DNA from: Azolla caroliniana | Taxonomy: Eukaryota; Plantae; Polypodiophyta | Reading direction: 5' to 3' | NCBI GenBank assembly: GCA_043228905.1 | Contig: JBHGNT010000238.1 | Location: 1 to 46,787, forward strand | DNA: 46,787 bases | Notes under the pieces: generated by a model | What the model saw: the letters and a program-made list of their open reading frames with translations, nothing else | Databases searched by the model: none | Told to the model about the DNA's origin: nothing | Shown: positions 42,690 through 46,787 of the stretch, piece by piece | How positions within the stretch are numbered: position 1 is the first letter of the stretch | How the letters are laid out: each line of letters opens with the position of its first letter | Made by a program: the position numbers and the translations under genes

Positions 42690-43475
42690 TTAGAAGCGAC
42701 GAATACAAGCACGAGGGCGAAGATCGCACTGTTGGAGTAGGCGGGAGGCGGCGACGCCTAGAGCTCTTTCCTCGTCATCGGCCTTGAATTGGCGACGTTG
42801 TTGACGTTCGTCCTCTTGTCGTCGAGACATGCGGTGGCGGCGTTCGTCACCCTCTCGTCGCTCACGGCTGCTATCTCTCTCGCGCTCCTCGTCCTCTTCC
42901 TCCCAGCTACGGTGTTCCCTTGATTGTTGGCCATGGCGTCGGCCTTCATCATTGCGTCGTTCCTCCTCGTCAGCATACAAGGCATCACGTAGGCGATCGC
43001 ATCGATCTTCGGCGGGGATTCGTTCGACGTTCCTGCAGCACCGTTCCGAGGGTCTTGAGTATCGAGTGTTTTCGATCCATGGGGAGCGACGTCCTTGTTC
43101 ACCTTCCTCTCTTTCGGAGCGCTCTTGTAGCTCTCGGATCTGCTTGTCGATGAAATCACCGCACTCTCGCCTCAGTTCCTCGTCACGTGGCTCATCGCGA
43201 CCACGGCTACGACGTTCCCTTTCCTCTTCGGAGTCTCTCTTGTTGTCTCTGTAGCGGCGCCCCTCCTCAAGGAACCCCTCACGACGTCGCTCGCGCCTCT
43301 CGTCATCGCACTCCCCCTCTCGGCGTCGGTCGCGCCTCTCCTCGTCAATGTCTCCCTCACGACGTCGATCGCGTCGCTCCTCTTCACGGTCCCGCCCTAC
43401 AGACCTAGCATTGGCCGCGGTACACGCGGCGAGCATGATCACGGCCATGAGGAATACGGAAGTAAGCTTTGCCAT
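42690..43475 (-). CDS. 2S albumin-like storage protein, copy 22
   Basis: Protein identical to copy 1. Confidence 0.82.
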   Translation of the reverse strand: MAKLTSVFLMAVIMLAACTAANARSVGRDREEERRDRRREGDIDEERRDRRREGECDDERRERRREGFLEEGRRYRDNKRDSEEERERRSRGRDEPRDEELRRECGDFIDKQIRELQERSEREEGEQGRRSPWIENTRYSRPSERCCRNVERIPAEDRCDRLRDALYADEEERRNDEGRRHGQQSREHRSWEEEDEERERDSSRERREGDERRHRMSRRQEDERQQRRQFKADDEERALGVAASRLLQQCDLRPRACIRRF

Positions 43476-44341
43476 TGCGATTGTCCTTATGATCCCGGTG
43501 CTTGTCTCCTAATGGATTGTATTGACATTGCTCCCTCCACCTTTAATATATACACATGGCCATGCAATCAGAGCACATGCATGTCACTCACCACTCCCAT
43601 TACCATAACGTGTGTGTCCCTGCGTACAACTCTTGCCCAAGACCCATACCAACTAGTCCACCCTCCCACACGTCTAGGCTAGTCCTAGGTGTCGTATTGT
43701 CACCAGACAATCTGGGCGCAACCTGTGGCGGGTACTCCTCCTCCTCCTCGCGCGAGAGCTTGTCGAGCAACATAACATTTATACATACGTAGGTAGATGT
43801 GCGCACTCGCGCGTGCGCGTAGGGGTGTGCGGGCACGTGCACATTAAACTAGCACGCGCTAGTGCCGAGACACTAAGCACGCGGAGGCTACTGCGGGACG
43901 AGTGGTGGCTCCCGAGTGTGCTACATCGATGAACGTAGATAGACCGGTGTCCGTACTCGCTCGTTCGGACGAGGGGTTGGTAACGACGACGACAAGGAAA
44001 GCTAACCGGACTACCACACTAGGAGTGTCCTATCGGGCAAGTGTGGAAGCAAGTTCACATTCGCCGCGTGTACAAGTTGACCTTAGCCGTTGCCGTGGCG
44101 TGTGCGGTATGGGTGGGTGTTCCGCTTTGATGTTTTTTTTCCGTTTGGGTGGTTTGCGGTCCCTATAGGCAAATTCTATACGTTGGTGGTCGTGTCTACG
44201 TTCGTGTTGGAGGGACGTTGGTGCTCGTGTTTACGTTCGTGTGGGTGTAATGCGCGATTGGGGAGACGCACTTGTTCGTAAACACTTACGAGAAATTAGA
44301 GAGAGACCACGAGAATAATTTGAACAAGGTTTATGTACTAT

Positions 44342-45127
44342 TTAGAAGCGACGAATACAAGCACGAGGGCGAAGATCGCACTGTTGGAGTAGGCGGGAGG
44401 CGGCGACGCCTAGAGCTCTTTCCTCGTCATCGGCCTTGAATTGGCGACGTTGTTGACGTTCGTCCTCTTGTCGTCGAGACATGCGGTGGCGGCGTTCGTC
44501 ACCCTCTCGTCGCTCACGGCTGCTATCTCTCTCGCGCTCCTCGTCCTCTTCCTCCCAGCTACGGTGTTCCCTTGATTGTTGGCCATGGCGTCGGCCTTCA
44601 TCATTGCGTCGTTCCTCCTCGTCAGCATACAAGGCATCACGTAGGCGATCGCATCGATCTTCGGCGGGGATTCGTTCGACGTTCCTGCAGCACCGTTCCG
44701 AGGGTCTTGAGTATCGAGTGTTTTCGATCCATGGGGAGCGACGTCCTTGTTCACCTTCCTCTCTTTCGGAGCGCTCTTGTAGCTCTCGGATCTGCTTGTC
44801 GATGAAATCACCGCACTCTCGCCTCAGTTCCTCGTCACGTGGCTCATCGCGACCACGGCTACGACGTTCCCTTTCCTCTTCGGAGTCTCTCTTGTTGTCT
44901 CTGTAGCGGCGCCCCTCCTCAAGGAACCCCTCACGACGTCGCTCGCGCCTCTCGTCATCGCACTCCCCCTCTCGGCGTCGGTCGCGCCTCTCCTCGTCAA
45001 TGTCTCCCTCACGACGTCGATCGCGTCGCTCCTCTTCACGGTCCCGCCCTACAGACCTAGCATTGGCCGCGGTACACGCGGCGAGCATGATCACGGCCAT
45101 GAGGAATACGGAAGTAAGCTTTGCCAT
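44342..45127 (-). CDS. 2S albumin-like storage protein, copy 23
   Basis: Protein identical to copy 1. Confidence 0.82.
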   Translation of the reverse strand: MAKLTSVFLMAVIMLAACTAANARSVGRDREEERRDRRREGDIDEERRDRRREGECDDERRERRREGFLEEGRRYRDNKRDSEEERERRSRGRDEPRDEELRRECGDFIDKQIRELQERSEREEGEQGRRSPWIENTRYSRPSERCCRNVERIPAEDRCDRLRDALYADEEERRNDEGRRHGQQSREHRSWEEEDEERERDSSRERREGDERRHRMSRRQEDERQQRRQFKADDEERALGVAASRLLQQCDLRPRACIRRF

Positions 45128-45993
45128 TGCGATTGTCCTTATGATCCCGGTGCTTGTCTCCTAATGGATTGTATTGACATTGCTCCCTCCACCTTTAATA
45201 TATACACATGGCCATGCAATCAGAGCACATGCATGTCACTCACCACTCCCATTACCATAACGTGTGTGTCCCTGCGTACAACTCTTGCCCAAGACCCATA
45301 CCAACTAGTCCACCCTCCCACACGTCTAGGCTAGTCCTAGGTGTCGTATTGTCACCAGACAATCTGGGCGCAACCTGTGGCGGGTACTCCTCCTCCTCCT
45401 CGCGCGAGAGCTTGTCGAGCAACATAACATTTATACATACGTAGGTAGATGTGCGCACTCGCGCGTGCGCGTAGGGGTGTGCGGGCACGTGCACATTAAA
45501 CTAGCACGCGCTAGTGCCGAGACACTAAGCACGCGGAGGCTACTGCGGGACGAGTGGTGGCTCCCGAGTGTGCTACATCGATGAACGTAGATAGACCGGT
45601 GTCCGTACTCGCTCGTTCGGACGAGGGGTTGGTAACGACGACGACAAGGAAAGCTAACCGGACTACCACACTAGGAGTGTCCTATCGGGCAAGTGTGGAA
45701 GCAAGTTCACATTCGCCGCGTGTACAAGTTGACCTTAGCCGTTGCCGTGGCGTGTGCGGTATGGGTGGGTGTTCCGCTTTGATGTTTTTTTTCCGTTTGG
45801 GTGGTTTGCGGTCCCTATAGGCAAATTCTATACGTTGGTGGTCGTGTCTACGTTCGTGTTGGAGGGACGTTGGTGCTCGTGTTTACGTTCGTGTGGGTGT
45901 AATGCGCGATTGGGGAGACGCACTTGTTCGTAAACACTTACGAGAAATTAGAGAGAGACCACGAGAATAATTTGAACAAGGTTTATGTACTAT

Positions 45994-46779
45994 TTAGAAG
46001 CGACGAATACAAGCACGAGGGCGAAGATCGCACTGTTGGAGTAGGCGGGAGGCGGCGACGCCTAGAGCTCTTTCCTCGTCATCGGCCTTGAATTGGCGAC
46101 GTTGTTGACGTTCGTCCTCTTGTCGTCGAGACATGCGGTGGCGGCGTTCGTCACCCTCTCGTCGCTCACGGCTGCTATCTCTCTCGCGCTCCTCGTCCTC
46201 TTCCTCCCAGCTACGGTGTTCCCTTGATTGTTGGCCATGGCGTCGGCCTTCATCATTGCGTCGTTCCTCCTCGTCAGCATACAAGGCATCACGTAGGCGA
46301 TCGCATCGATCTTCGGCGGGGATTCGTTCGACGTTCCTGCAGCACCGTTCCGAGGGTCTTGAGTATCGAGTGTTTTCGATCCATGGGGAGCGACGTCCTT
46401 GTTCACCTTCCTCTCTTTCGGAGCGCTCTTGTAGCTCTCGGATCTGCTTGTCGATGAAATCACCGCACTCTCGCCTCAGTTCCTCGTCACGTGGCTCATC
46501 GCGACCACGGCTACGACGTTCCCTTTCCTCTTCGGAGTCTCTCTTGTTGTCTCTGTAGCGGCGCCCCTCCTCAAGGAACCCCTCACGACGTCGCTCGCGC
46601 CTCTCGTCATCGCACTCCCCCTCTCGGCGTCGGTCGCGCCTCTCCTCGTCAATGTCTCCCTCACGACGTCGATCGCGTCGCTCCTCTTCACGGTCCCGCC
46701 CTACAGACCTAGCATTGGCCGCGGTACACGCGGCGAGCATGATCACGGCCATGAGGAATACGGAAGTAAGCTTTGCCAT
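45994..46779 (-). CDS. 2S albumin-like storage protein, copy 24
   Basis: Protein identical to copy 1. Confidence 0.82.
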   Translation of the reverse strand: MAKLTSVFLMAVIMLAACTAANARSVGRDREEERRDRRREGDIDEERRDRRREGECDDERRERRREGFLEEGRRYRDNKRDSEEERERRSRGRDEPRDEELRRECGDFIDKQIRELQERSEREEGEQGRRSPWIENTRYSRPSERCCRNVERIPAEDRCDRLRDALYADEEERRNDEGRRHGQQSREHRSWEEEDEERERDSSRERREGDERRHRMSRRQEDERQQRRQFKADDEERALGVAASRLLQQCDLRPRACIRRF

Positions 46780-46787
46780 TGCGATTG

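Larger units (their letters stand above)
36778..46787 (-). repeat. Tandem gene array, right arm: 5' part of copy 18 and copies 19-24, 1652-bp units
   Basis: ORFs at 37734, 39386, 41038, 42690, 44342 and 45994 are exactly 1652 bp apart. No differences among these units were seen by eye. The array continues past the window end. Confidence 0.99.

Noticed and set aside
1-46787. CRISPR array or prokaryotic repeat system
   Set aside because: Units are 1.65-kb identical genes with no unique spacers or cas genes; the context (LTR retrotransposon, TATA/RY promoter) is eukaryotic.

Overview
Eukaryotic, most likely land-plant, genomic DNA with two components. (1) A head-to-tail tandem array of a ~1652-1653 bp unit runs off both ends of the window and holds 24 near-identical copies of an intronless minus-strand gene: 22 intact, 1 frameshifted and 1 disrupted by a transposon. 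The 261-aa product has a signal peptide, is about 26% Arg and about 56% charged, and carries a 2S albumin/prolamin-superfamily cysteine skeleton plus an IEN asparaginyl-endopeptidase-type site. Each copy has a TATA + RY (CATGCATG) + ABRE/G-box promoter, the signature of seed or spore maturation storage-protein genes. (2) A complete, very young 7269-bp Ty3/gypsy LTR retrotransposon (29509-36777) is inserted antisense into gene copy 18. It has TG..CA LTRs, a 4-bp TSD (ACGG), a tRNA-Trp PBS and a PPT. Its gag-protease ORF and RT-RNaseH-integrase ORF appear joined by a -1 ribosomal frameshift (G GAT TTT TAG plus a predicted pseudoknot) located between protease and RT. Variant patterns among units suggest two-unit higher-order duplications. 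The host species cannot be determined from sequence alone.
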